Positions 27,120 through 36,459 of a DNA stretch of 59,904 bases are shown here, in pieces. Source of the DNA: Usitatibacter sp. (GTDB taxonomy: Bacteria; Pseudomonadota; Gammaproteobacteria; Burkholderiales; Usitatibacteraceae). The notes beneath the pieces were generated by a model that saw nothing but the letters and a program-made list of their open reading frames with translations, did not search any database and had not been told where the DNA came from. The translations under genes and the position numbers were made by a program. The stretch covers positions 1 through 59,904 of the forward strand of contig JBDSRZ010000162.1 of assembly GCA_039929025.1 (NCBI GenBank), written 5' to 3'. The first letter of the stretch is position 1. Each line of letters opens with the position of its first letter.

Positions 27120-28411
27120 TCGCCGTGGCGCCGCTCGCACGCATCCATCTCGATCCCATCGGCGGGATCGCCGGCGACATGTTCGTCGCCGCAATGGCGG
27201 ATGCCTTTCCCGAGCGGGTGCCGGGGCTGCTCGCCGAGCTGGGCAAGCTGCAGGCGAAGGGTGGGGGTCGGATCCGGTTCGAGCCCTGCTCCGAGATGCT
27301 GGCGGGCAAGCGCTTCGTTGTCGAGCCAGGCGGACATTCGCATCATCACGCTACCCACCTGGCCATCCGCGCGCAGCTCCAGGCTGCCGGCCTCGATCCC
27401 GGCGTGCTGCGCCACGCGCTGGCGCTCTTCGCTTTGCTCGCGCAGGCCGAGGGTGAAGTCCACGGGGTGGCACCCGACGAGGTCGAGTTCCACGAGGTGG
27501 GCGCCTGGGACTCGATCGTGGACTTTGTCGCCACCGCCTATTTCATCGCCACAATCGCACCGGAGCGGTGGACCTGCGCGCCGTTACCCCTGGGGGGCGG
27601 ACGCGTGCACACCGCGCACGGCGTGCTTCCGATCCCGGCTCCAGCGACCGCGCGGCTGATGGAGGGCCTCGAGGTGATCGACGACGGCATCGGCGGCGAG
27701 CGCGTCACGCCCACCGGCGCCGCCATCGTCCGCTACCTGACCAGAAACCGGGGTCAGACCCCAATGTCCCACCTGACCAGAAACCGGGGTCAGACCCCAA
27801 TGTCCCGCCCGCCGGAAAACCGGGGTCTGACCCCGGTTGTGGTGGCTGCCACGGGACAGGGGTTCGGCACGCGCAAGCTGGCCGGGATTCCCAACATGCT
27901 GCGGGTGGTGGCGTTCACGCGGTCGCACGCTCTGCCGGCGCGGCCGGACGAGGAGATCGCGATGCTGCAGTTCGAGATCGACGACCAGACGGCGGAAGAC
28001 CTGGCGGTGGCGCTCGATCGCGTGCGGCAGGCGCCCGGCGTGCTCGACGTGGGCCAGGTCGCGATGTACGGCAAGAAGAACCGGCTCGCGACCCAGGTGC
28101 AGATTCTCGCGCGCATCGAGGCGGTGGAAGCCGTGGCCGAGTTGTGCCTCGCGCAGACCACCACCCTTGGCCTGCGCATCTCGCGAGTGTGGCGGCGGAC
28201 CGCGCTGCGCGCGCAGGTCGAAACATCGGTCCCCGAAAACGTGCGGGTGAAGATCGCCGCGCGGCCCTCGGGCGAAATCACCGCGAAGGCCGAGATGGAC
28301 GACCTCGCGCGCATTCCCGGCGCCCGCGCGGAGCGCGAGGCCGCGCGCCGCCGCGCCGAAACCCAGGCCCTCGACGCCGCAAGTCCCTATGAGCGCGATC
28401 GCGAAGACTGA
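27116..28411 (+). CDS. larC: Nickel-insertion protein LarC with in-frame REP insertion
   Basis: GGIAGDMF, His-rich GGHSHHHATH, FHEVGAWDSIVD, PIPAPAT, ERVTPTGAAI, EIDD, TTTLGLR. Confidence 0.9.
   Translation: MIAVAPLARIHLDPIGGIAGDMFVAAMADAFPERVPGLLAELGKLQAKGGGRIRFEPCSEMLAGKRFVVEPGGHSHHHATHLAIRAQLQAAGLDPGVLRHALALFALLAQAEGEVHGVAPDEVEFHEVGAWDSIVDFVATAYFIATIAPERWTCAPLPLGGGRVHTAHGVLPIPAPATARLMEGLEVIDDGIGGERVTPTGAAIVRYLTRNRGQTPMSHLTRNRGQTPMSRPPENRGLTPVVVAATGQGFGTRKLAGIPNMLRVVAFTRSHALPARPDEEIAMLQFEIDDQTAEDLAVALDRVRQAPGVLDVGQVAMYGKKNRLATQVQILARIEAVEAVAELCLAQTTTLGLRISRVWRRTALRAQVETSVPENVRVKIAARPSGEITAKAEMDDLARIPGARAEREAARRRAETQALDAASPYERDRED
27735..27838. repeat. Three family-A REPs inside larC (36-bp tandem duplication plus one inverted copy)
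   Basis: ACCTGACCAGAAACCGGGGTCAGACCCCAATGTCCC at 27735-27770 and 27771-27806; AAACCGGGGTCTGACCCCGGTT at 27817-27838. Confidence 0.92.
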
Positions 28412-29237
28412 CATCGCGGCGGATGTCGCGGAAAGGATCGAGGCCATAGGCCGCGAGCTGGACGGCTACGGCGAGGTCGCCGTCGCGGTGAGCGGCGGCA
28501 TCGACAGCCTCACTCTCGCGACCCTGGCCGCGCGCCGCCTCGGCGAACGCGCCGCGATGTTCCACTCGCTCACGGGTTCGGTGCCGCTGGAAGCCACCGA
28601 GCGCACGCGCGCCCTCGCGGCGCGCCTCGGCTGGACGCTGCGCGTGATCGACGCCAACGAGTTCTCCCGCGACGAGTACATCGCCAATCCGGTGAATCGC
28701 TGCTTCTACTGCAAGCAGTCGCTCTACGCCGAGATCGCTCGTCACACTGCGGCACAGGTGGTTTCCGGCGCGAACACCGACGACCTTGGGGAGTATCGTC
28801 CCGGCCTGGATGCGGCACGCGAGGCCGGCGCGCGCCATCCGTTCGTCGACGCGCGCATCGACAAAGCCACGATCCGCGCCATCGCACGCGCGGTCGGCCT
28901 GGGTGGCTACGCGCAGATACCCGCCTCGCCCTGCCTTTCCAGCCGCGTCGAGACCGGCATCCGCATCACACGCCCGATGCTGCGGCAAATCGAAGAAGCC
29001 GAGGTCGCCATTCGCGCACGCATCGAGGCCGCGTCGGTTCGCTGCCGGGTGCGCGGCGCGGGGGTGGTGATCGAGATCGACGCCGCAACTTTGGAAAGAC
29101 TTCCCGCGGCGACGCGCGGCGAGATCGCGGCTGACGTCGCGCGTATCTTCGGCCTGTCGATGCCGCCCGCCCTCGAGGCCTATCGAAACGGCAGCGCGTT
29201 CCTGTTGAAGACAAGCGCCCCCGAAAGCAGACGGTGA
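28389..29237 (+). CDS. larE: LarE-family ATP-dependent sulfur transferase
   Basis: PP-loop SGGIDS, NRCFYCK, GANTDDLGEYRPG, PCLSSR. Confidence 0.88.
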   Translation: MSAIAKTDIAADVAERIEAIGRELDGYGEVAVAVSGGIDSLTLATLAARRLGERAAMFHSLTGSVPLEATERTRALAARLGWTLRVIDANEFSRDEYIANPVNRCFYCKQSLYAEIARHTAAQVVSGANTDDLGEYRPGLDAAREAGARHPFVDARIDKATIRAIARAVGLGGYAQIPASPCLSSRVETGIRITRPMLRQIEEAEVAIRARIEAASVRCRVRGAGVVIEIDAATLERLPAATRGEIAADVARIFGLSMPPALEAYRNGSAFLLKTSAPESRR

Positions 29238-29890
29238 TCGAGCACGGCATCCAGCTCGACCACGAGCGCGAGGCGCGCCTCGGCTTCGACGAGGCGATCT
29301 ACGCCGCGGGCAAGAGCGTGGTACAGATCGAGGCGATCGTCGCCGAGGCTGTGGAGGCGCGCTCGCCGCGGCTCTTCACGCGCCTGGACGCCTTCAAGTT
29401 CGACGCGCTACCCGCCGCCGCGCGCGCCGCGCTCGACTTCGACCCGGTGTCGCGCACCGCCTTCCTCGGAGATCGCATGCGCAAGGCCGCGGCGGCGCAA
29501 GTCGCGATCGTGACCGGTGGTAGCTCCGACCTGCCGGTGAGCCGCGAGGCGGCGCGCACGCTCGAGTACTACGGCCACGAATGCCTTCATATCGCCGACG
29601 TGGGGGTCGCCGGCATCTGGCGGCTCCTCGCGCGCGTCGCGGAGCTTCGCCCGATGAAGGTCGTGATCGCGGTGGCGGGCATGGAAGGCGCCCTCCCCAG
29701 CGTGGTCGGTGGCCTGGTCCCCGGGGTCGTGATCGCGTTGCCGACATCGGTGGGCTACGGCGTTTCGGAAGGCGGCCGCGTCGCGCTCGACTCCGCCCTC
29801 GCGAGCTGCGCGCCGGGCCTCGTCACGGTGAATATCGATAACGGCTACGGCGCCGCCTGCGCCGCCCTCAGGATCCTGCGCGCGTCCTGA
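29234..29890 (+). CDS. larB: Nickel-pincer cofactor biosynthesis protein LarB
   Basis: LDHEREARLGFDEAIY, GGSSDLPV, DVGVAGIWRL, AGMEGALPSVVGG, PTSVGYG, SCAPG...VNIDNGYGAA. Confidence 0.93.
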   Translation: MIEHGIQLDHEREARLGFDEAIYAAGKSVVQIEAIVAEAVEARSPRLFTRLDAFKFDALPAAARAALDFDPVSRTAFLGDRMRKAAAAQVAIVTGGSSDLPVSREAARTLEYYGHECLHIADVGVAGIWRLLARVAELRPMKVVIAVAGMEGALPSVVGGLVPGVVIALPTSVGYGVSEGGRVALDSALASCAPGLVTVNIDNGYGAACAALRILRAS

Positions 29891-30060
29891 AACGTAGCGC
29901 CGGACGGCAGAAACCATTGCCGCCGTTCCTCCCCAAGAATGGCAAGGAATTCACCGCAAGTGCCCGTGTGCCTCAGTGGGCGCCACCGCACAGACGGCAT
30001 AGGCGCAGTTGTGAGAAACTTGCTGCGAATAAGCTTCATCAAGCGTCGCCGCCGGCTGAA

Positions 30061-30759
30061 ATGTCCACACTCTCCACACCGATTCCGCCCGACCTCGTCG
30101 TCACCGAGCGCCTCGCCGAACGGCCGGCCCGCACCCCCGACTTTCGGGCCGAGAGCCTCGCCCTCACCTCCCTCGCGCGGGGATTCGCCGGCACCAATGC
30201 CAACGCCTTCCGCGAAGTGACAGAAGCCGCGCTGCACCTCTGCGGCGCGCAGTCAGCCGGCATCAGCCTGATCGAGCGGGACGGCAACGCGAAGATCTTT
30301 CGCTGGGTAGCCGTGTCAGGCGCATGGGCCAAATACCTGGGCGGATCGCTGCCCCGCGATGCGAGTCCATGCGGGCTCGTCGTGGACGCCGGCGCCTGGC
30401 AACTGATGGCCCATCCACATACCCATTACATCGACATCAGGGATGCCGACCCGCCGATCGTCGAAGTGCTGCTGGTCCCGTTCCACATCCTCGGCGAAAT
30501 CGTCGGCACGGTGTGGGTGATCGCGCACGACCAGCAGAAGGTCTTCGATGCCGAGGACCTGCGCCTCATGACCAACCTCGCGGACTTCGCGGGTGCGGCC
30601 TATCTCACCCGCGAGCGATTGGTGGCGGACGCGGAGGTGAGGGACGAATTGACGCGTTCGAACGAGCGCCTGAAGCGCAGCAACGAGAGGCTCTGGGCGC
30701 AACTCGGTCATCCAAGCGTGCCGAGCGAGGCACGCGAAGACCAGGGTGCGATCGATTAG
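30061..30759 (+). CDS. Stand-alone GAF-domain protein with C-terminal coiled coil
   Basis: LCGAQSAGISL, PRDASPCG, EVLLVPF...GTVWVIAH...FDAEDLRLM; no kinase or other output domain follows. Confidence 0.8.
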   Translation: MSTLSTPIPPDLVVTERLAERPARTPDFRAESLALTSLARGFAGTNANAFREVTEAALHLCGAQSAGISLIERDGNAKIFRWVAVSGAWAKYLGGSLPRDASPCGLVVDAGAWQLMAHPHTHYIDIRDADPPIVEVLLVPFHILGEIVGTVWVIAHDQQKVFDAEDLRLMTNLADFAGAAYLTRERLVADAEVRDELTRSNERLKRSNERLWAQLGHPSVPSEAREDQGAID

Positions 30760-31490
30760 CCCAGCGTGACCCTCGCGTCGCGCTCGAACTGCCCGGCGGA
30801 ATCGAGCGCGCGCAAGCCTTCGCGCTCGCCTGGGGTGGGTGGGCCCGTAGGCTGCGCCCCTTCGGCATCGAAGTCGAACCCGGTACGGACCCGCACCAGT
30901 TCGAGCGAGGCCTCCGGATGCCACGATTGCAGCGCAAGCCGGCCCTCGCGCTTCACGAAGACCGCGATCGGCGTGACGACCCCGTGCATTCCCCCGGCGG
31001 CAGTGACGAAATCGAGCTTCTCGACCAGGGTCCGCTTCGAGTGCTCCGTTCGCCACGTGACCGCTCTGCGCGCGGTCGGCAGCATCACCGCGCCGCCGCC
31101 TCCCCCCGGAAGGCGCACCTTGGGGTTGTGCCAGTCGCCGATCGCCGAGACGTTGGTGCGCCCCAAGCCATCGACCTGCGCGGCGCCGAGGAAGCACAGG
31201 TCCATTCCCCCACGGGTGCAGAGGTCGTAGAAATCCTCGTTGGCGAAGATCGACGTGGAGCCCTCGGCGAGTATCGGGTCGGAGCTCGAGATCGGGATTC
31301 GCGACGGCGTCGGCTGCACCCCGCCCGCCACGTTGATGTAGGTGAAATCGAAGTCGTAGACGCGCTTGGCGAGGAGGCAGGCCAGCATCGGCGGGGTGGA
31401 ATTGACGCCGCTGAACGTCACCTCGCCCGGTCGGATGAAGCGCGCCAGGTTGGTGACGATGTACGAGAAGCCGCTCCAGGGCTCAGGCAT
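30756..31490 (-). CDS. Family I CoA-transferase beta subunit (GctB/PcaJ-like)
   Basis: FLGAAQVDGLGRTNVS, RLPGGGGG, LVEKLDFVT; start MPEPWSG overlaps the alpha-subunit end. Confidence 0.85.
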   Translation of the reverse strand: MPEPWSGFSYIVTNLARFIRPGEVTFSGVNSTPPMLACLLAKRVYDFDFTYINVAGGVQPTPSRIPISSSDPILAEGSTSIFANEDFYDLCTRGGMDLCFLGAAQVDGLGRTNVSAIGDWHNPKVRLPGGGGGAVMLPTARRAVTWRTEHSKRTLVEKLDFVTAAGGMHGVVTPIAVFVKREGRLALQSWHPEASLELVRVRTGFDFDAEGAQPTGPPTPGEREGLRALDSAGQFERDARVTLG

Positions 31491-32298
31491 GGAGAGCTTC
31501 GATGCCGAGCTCGGGCGCCTTCGCCATGTGCTCGTCGAGCGAGCCCGTGGTGTCCATGTAGGCCTCGACCGCGGGATAGTCGACTTCGTAGAGCGGCCAG
31601 CACGAGCCGGGCCACGCGCCATTGGGGACCACGGCGAACGCCTGCACCATGAACCCCGGCACCAGGGTGAGCTCGGGGCGCGCCTGGAAGGACGCGATGC
31701 TCTCCAGCTTTTCCGCCACGATGAACACCTTCTTTGCCGCACGGGTCATGATGCGGTCCCAATTGAAGGTGCCATAGACGCGCGCATCGCCCAGCGCATT
31801 CACTTCGTTCGCATGGATCACCGCGAAATCGGGGCGGATCGCCGGGATCACCCACACGTCCTCGCCCGATCCGTACGGGTCCTTCACCGCCGCCCACTTG
31901 TTGAGCGCCGGGAGGTCGGAGCCGTGCACGCCGCCCACCGGCTGGAAAGGCACGCCGAACGCAGAGGCGCGCAGGCCCGCGGTGAGTGTCATGCAGGCAT
32001 GCTCCTCGAGCACGATCTGCTTTTTCTCCACCGCGCGGCGATACCAGGGCGCCAGGCCGAAGTTGCCCTCCATCGCGACGATGCCCGCGCGCGCCTTCGC
32101 CACGCAGCCCGCGCGGCAGAGGATGTCGATGTCGTAGCCCGGGGACTGCTTCACGATTTCGAGCCCACGCTTCTTCTGCCGGATCAGCTCGCGCACGAAG
32201 GCGAACGGGCCGCGATGCAGGAAGCTACCGCCCAAGGCGAGCGAGGCACCATCGGGCACCAGCGCCACCATCTCGGCCAGCGTCATCAGCTTGTCCAC
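31483..32298 (-). CDS. Family I CoA-transferase alpha subunit (GctA/PcaI-like)
   Basis: KLMTLAEMVALVPDGASLALGG, GLRASAFGVPF, PAIRPDFAVIHA. Confidence 0.88.
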   Translation of the reverse strand: MDKLMTLAEMVALVPDGASLALGGSFLHRGPFAFVRELIRQKKRGLEIVKQSPGYDIDILCRAGCVAKARAGIVAMEGNFGLAPWYRRAVEKKQIVLEEHACMTLTAGLRASAFGVPFQPVGGVHGSDLPALNKWAAVKDPYGSGEDVWVIPAIRPDFAVIHANEVNALGDARVYGTFNWDRIMTRAAKKVFIVAEKLESIASFQARPELTLVPGFMVQAFAVVPNGAWPGSCWPLYEVDYPAVEAYMDTTGSLDEHMAKAPELGIEALHA

Positions 32299-32336
32299 GG
32301 CGTTCCTCTATGCGGGAAAATGGTGTCGGAGTCGAT

Positions 32337-33077
32337 TTATTCGGCCAGGTAGGCGGCGATGCGCGCCTTGAGTCCGGGCTCCGCGGCGGAGCGCGCCAGC
32401 TCGGCGAGGTCCGCGTCGCGATGGTCTGCCGCGGTCACCGCGAAGAGGCGGGCGGAGGCGCCGGCCGGCAGCGCGGCGGAAGCGATCCGCGCCTTCTCCA
32501 GCACCGGCGCCCAATGCTCCTGCGACGCGACATCGGTCGCGAATCCCCACTCGAGCGCTTCGGTGGCGTTGAAGGTGCGGGAGACCTGCAACACCTCGCG
32601 CGCGCGCGCGGCACCCACACGCGTGGCGAAAAGCCGCGAACCGAGCACCAGCCCGAAGCGCAGCCCCGGCATGCGGAAGGTCGACTCGGGTGCGACGACG
32701 CGCCGTGCACAAGCGGCGATGAGATCCACGCCCGCGCCGAAGTTCTTGCCATGGGCGAGCGCGAGCGTGTCGAAGGGCGCGTGCCGTACCGCCTGCAGCA
32801 CCTGCTCGATGCGGATGAAGCGCAACACCAGGTCGCCCTCGGACTGCTCCTCGAAGCCGTCCATGTCGAAGCCGGCGCTGAAGTTCTTCCCCGCTCCGCG
32901 CAGCACGAGGAGTCGCACGCCGAGCCCCGCCGCTGCGCAGACCTGCTCGATCAGCGCCTCCACGAGCGCCCCGGAAAGCGCGTTCATCTTTTCCGGGCGG
33001 TCGAGGGTGAGCGTGAGCACCCCGCCGGCGACCTCCGAGCGCAGGCCCGCGCCTTCCGCCACCGCCACGGTGCTCAC
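32337..33077 (-). CDS. Enoyl-CoA hydratase/isomerase family protein
   Basis: LTLDRPEKMNAL, GKNFSAGFDM, HGKNFGAG; GTG start overlaps upstream stop. Confidence 0.85.
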   Translation of the reverse strand: MSTVAVAEGAGLRSEVAGGVLTLTLDRPEKMNALSGALVEALIEQVCAAAGLGVRLLVLRGAGKNFSAGFDMDGFEEQSEGDLVLRFIRIEQVLQAVRHAPFDTLALAHGKNFGAGVDLIAACARRVVAPESTFRMPGLRFGLVLGSRLFATRVGAARAREVLQVSRTFNATEALEWGFATDVASQEHWAPVLEKARIASAALPAGASARLFAVTAADHRDADLAELARSAAEPGLKARIAAYLAE

Positions 33078-34222
33078 CGCGGGCCCGTCTTTCCCTGCGG
33101 AAAGACCTCGGCGTCGTGCTGGCCGAGCGCAGGCGGATCGCGATAGATGTCGAATCCCTTGCCGGTGAAGCGCAGCGGCGAGGCGAAGGTGCGTGTCTTC
33201 GTTCCTCCGGGCAGCGTGATCTCGCGAACCCATTGCATCTGCTTCACCTGTTCGTCGTCCAGCGCCTTCGAATACGTATTGATCGGGGCGCACGGCACTC
33301 CGGCCGCGCGGAACTTCGCCAGCATCTCCGCGGCGTCGTGCTTCGCGAACTCCTCCTCCAGTATGGCCTTCAATTCGGCCTGGTTCTTGGCCCGCAGGGT
33401 GGTCGAGGCGAAGCGTGCCTCGCAGGCGAGCTGAGCCATCCCGATCGCCTCGCAGGCCGATCGCCACAGGCCGTCGTTGCCGGCCGCCATCGCGAAGTAG
33501 CCGTCGCGCGCGCGAAACGCCTGGTACGGTGCGTTACGCGGATGGGCCGAGCCCAGTTTCGCAGGATCGCGCCCGGTCCCGAAGTATTCGCTCGTCTGCA
33601 GCGCGCTCACCGCGAGCGAGGCGCCCAGCATGGACACGTCGATGTGCTCCCCGTCGCCGCCCTGCTCCACGCGCCGCAGCAGCGCAGCGATGGAATACGC
33701 GGCATAGAGCCCGGCGCAAAAGTCCGCGATGGGCACGCCGCATTTCACCGGCGCGCCGCCCGGCTCGCCAGTCACGCTCATCACGCCGCTCATCGCTTGC
33801 AGCGTGAGGTCGAAGCCGCCCTCCTCCGAGCGCGGGCCTTCCTGGCCGAAGGCGGAGATCGAGCAGTAGATGAGGGCAGGCTTCTCGGCGCGAAGACCCG
33901 CATAGCCGAGTCCCAGGCGTTGCATCACCCCGGGGCGGTTGTTCTCGACGATGACGTCGGACTCGAGGATGAGTGCTCGTGCCCGCGCGTTGTCGGCGGG
34001 GCTTTTCAGGTCGAGCGTCACAGAGCGCTTGTTGCGGTTGAGCGAGGCGAAGTTCTCGCTGTATCCCTGGTTCAGCGGCGGCCACTGGCGCATGGTGTCG
34101 CCGCCCTGCGGGTTCTCCACCTTGACCACATCCGCGCCCATGTCGGCGAGCAGCATGCCGCAGTAGGGACCCGCGGCGACGTTGCAAAGCTCGATGACGC
34201 GCACTCCATGAAGCGGCAGCAT
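33074..34222 (-). CDS. CaiB/BaiF family III CoA-transferase
   Basis: AGPYCGMLLADMGADVVKVE, NRNKRS, ENNRPG, PIADFCAG. Confidence 0.92.
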   Translation of the reverse strand: MLPLHGVRVIELCNVAAGPYCGMLLADMGADVVKVENPQGGDTMRQWPPLNQGYSENFASLNRNKRSVTLDLKSPADNARARALILESDVIVENNRPGVMQRLGLGYAGLRAEKPALIYCSISAFGQEGPRSEEGGFDLTLQAMSGVMSVTGEPGGAPVKCGVPIADFCAGLYAAYSIAALLRRVEQGGDGEHIDVSMLGASLAVSALQTSEYFGTGRDPAKLGSAHPRNAPYQAFRARDGYFAMAAGNDGLWRSACEAIGMAQLACEARFASTTLRAKNQAELKAILEEEFAKHDAAEMLAKFRAAGVPCAPINTYSKALDDEQVKQMQWVREITLPGGTKTRTFASPLRFTGKGFDIYRDPPALGQHDAEVFPQGKTGPR

Positions 34223-34233
34223 GGATTCCCCTG

Positions 34234-34881
34234 CTAGAGCGCGGCGAGCGCCTGCTGGTAGGCGCCGGCGGTCTCGGCCGCGCTGGTGACGCCGGTGCCC
34301 AAGTCGCGTATCAGGCCGTCCTTCAACCCGTAGACCCATCCGTGCACCGCGAGCTCGTGGCCGCGGTCCCAGGCGTCGCGCACGATCGTCGTCTGGCAGA
34401 CGTTCATCACCTGCTCGATCACGTTCAGCTCGCACAGGCGGTCGATGCGCTGCGGGCTGTCGGGCATCTGCGACACGCGCTCGCCGTGCTTGGCCTGCAC
34501 GTCCTGGACGTGCCGCAGCCAGTTGTCGGCGATACCCACGCGCTCGTTCTGCAAGGCGGCCGACACGCCACTGCAGCCGTAATGCCCGCAGACGATCACG
34601 TGCTCGACCTTGAGGACATCGACCGCGAACTGCATCACCGACAAGCAATTGAGGTCGCTGTGCACCACCACGTTGGCGACGTTGCGATGCACGAAGAGCT
34701 CGCCCGGGGCAAGACCGACGATTTCGTTGGCGGGAACACGGCTGTCGGAGCAGCCGATCCACAGGTAGCGCGGGCGCTGCTGGTGCGACAGGCGCGAGAA
34801 GAACTCCGGGTCGTTCGCGCGGATGCGTTCCGACCAAGCGCGGTTATTGTCGAAGAGGTGTGTGAGCGGCCGCGAGGACAT
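34234..34881 (-). CDS. can: Beta-class carbonic anhydrase
   Basis: WIGCSDSRVP, FVHRNVAN, CGHYGCSGV, LCELNV. Confidence 0.93.
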   Translation of the reverse strand: MSSRPLTHLFDNNRAWSERIRANDPEFFSRLSHQQRPRYLWIGCSDSRVPANEIVGLAPGELFVHRNVANVVVHSDLNCLSVMQFAVDVLKVEHVIVCGHYGCSGVSAALQNERVGIADNWLRHVQDVQAKHGERVSQMPDSPQRIDRLCELNVIEQVMNVCQTTIVRDAWDRGHELAVHGWVYGLKDGLIRDLGTGVTSAAETAGAYQQALAAL

Positions 34882-35077
34882 TGCCCATCTTACCTTTGCC
34901 GCACGATGCCGCAATCTATGCGCATTCGCCCCCGATGAAACCCCTGCCCAGGGTCCGTATCGAACTCTACCCGGCGCGCGGCAATCGAGGCGCGCCCCGC
35001 GTACCAGAAGGCGATCGCGGGGCCGGCTGCGTAGCTCTTGTCGGGGGTTGTCCTGTCGGTGGCGCAGGCCGAGCCTC

Positions 35078-35320
35078 CTAGGCCTTGCAGCCTTCGGGCT
35101 TGTAGACCCGCTCCGTCGACGCTGGATATTTCGCGAGCTTTTCGGCGGGACGCCGCGGGCGGGCTACGAGCTCCCCGCCGCAGTTGGGACAATTGCCCTC
35201 GAGCGCGCCGCCTACGCAGTCGCGGCAGAAGGTGCACTCGAAGGAGCAGATCATCGCGTCGGTCGAGTCGGGCGGCAGGTCGCGGTTGCAGCACTCACAG
35301 TTGGGACGCAGTCTCAGCAT
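35078..35320 (-). CDS. DUF1272-family Cys-rich small protein
   Basis: MLRLRPNCECC...ICSFECTFC...CPNCGGELVARPRRP. Confidence 0.88.
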   Translation of the reverse strand: MLRLRPNCECCNRDLPPDSTDAMICSFECTFCRDCVGGALEGNCPNCGGELVARPRRPAEKLAKYPASTERVYKPEGCKA

Positions 35321-35386
35321 GGATGGCTCCCGGTCACTTCTCGATGGCGATGACGCGCGCCTGGTTCTTGCGGGACCGCGCGTGGA

Positions 35387-36019
35387 TCATTTCCGGAAAT
35401 GCCCTGAACGCGCCAGACGTGAACACGCTGCCCGCAAGAGCACTCTGGAGTAAAGCCTGTGAAATCCGAGCAGGGCACGGAACGCCAGGCCCAACCCTGC
35501 CTCGCCGGTCGCCTTGTTCACGAGGGGTACAACGGCCGAGCCAAAGTACAGGCGCGTGGCTTCCGGTGCGCCTTGCGAGCCCGCCCCGACCATCAGCCAT
35601 GAGCGGGTGCGGCCGTGGATGTCGGACATCAGCAGTTGATCGACGCCTCGTTCCTCAACGTCCCAGGCGGCGAAAGAGTCCCGCTCACCCTTCGCAAGCT
35701 GCCTTGCCTGTGCGTCCGAGGACGGCCGCGAAACGAACCACGCCAATAACAATCTCTCGAGCTTGAATACGGCAGTGGTGTAGAAAGCCTCGACATACTC
35801 GGCATGAGTGACGGATGCCGATACTTCCGTGATGTAGCAGTCCGTGTACGCGCCACCGCGGGCGTACCTGCCGAGGAGCGCCCCCTCCGGCAGTGCGCAG
35901 GATTGGATGCAAGCGAAGCCCGATGTTGGACGTCGCCTCGATGGGAGGGTTAGCCGCCGTGGTTTGCGGGGCATTGACCGCTTCAAGGAAGTGCAAACAT
36001 GGGCATCGACTCGAAGCAC
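35387..36019 (-). CDS. Hypothetical protein (DUF2867-like); true start uncertain
   Basis: YTDCY, FYTTAVFKLER, RTRSWL, RLYFGSAVV, GFHRLYSRVLL look conserved; the first ~35 aa look non-coding. Confidence 0.6.
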   Translation of the reverse strand: MLRVDAHVCTSLKRSMPRKPRRLTLPSRRRPTSGFACIQSCALPEGALLGRYARGGAYTDCYITEVSASVTHAEYVEAFYTTAVFKLERLLLAWFVSRPSSDAQARQLAKGERDSFAAWDVEERGVDQLLMSDIHGRTRSWLMVGAGSQGAPEATRLYFGSAVVPLVNKATGEAGLGLAFRALLGFHRLYSRVLLRAACSRLARSGHFRK

Positions 36020-36172
36020 AGCGTCCTTCTGGCGTGACGACTCCCCGGGCCGGCCTCAAAACCGACCCCGCACCGGTCCCGGCGTTGTCCCACTATCAAG
36101 CGTGGGGTTGTCCTACCTGCCCAACATTGCTTTCAGAGGAGGATGCAAGTTCACCACCCAAGGAGAGATGCC

Positions 36173-36370
36173 ATGACTGACCCGCGCAACATTGCCCACG
36201 ACAAGAAGGTGAAACAGGAAAAGAGGCACCACGGCGAAGAGGTTGCGCCCGGTGCCGATAAGACTCCTCAACCGGGAAAGAAGACGCATATGGAGCATCA
36301 TGCCTCCGACAAGCCAAAGCTGCCGGATGAGGCGGCACCCGTGCCGGCAACCGAGAAGCCCCTGGAGTAG
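36173..36370 (+). CDS. Small charged hypothetical protein (65 aa)
   Basis: AGGAG RBS upstream; hydrophilic K/E/H-rich sequence. Confidence 0.45.
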   Translation: MTDPRNIAHDKKVKQEKRHHGEEVAPGADKTPQPGKKTHMEHHASDKPKLPDEAAPVPATEKPLE

Positions 36371-36459
36371 TGCAAAGACACAATGCGCCAGTTTTTCACG
36401 TAGACCGTCCGATGCAATGATCAAGGAAATTTGCCGCACGGTGAAATCGAGACTGTCCG

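Noticed and set aside
32316-32341. GAAAATGGTGTCGGAGTCGATTTATT as a third REP family
   Set aside because: Single copy in the window with only weak dyad symmetry.
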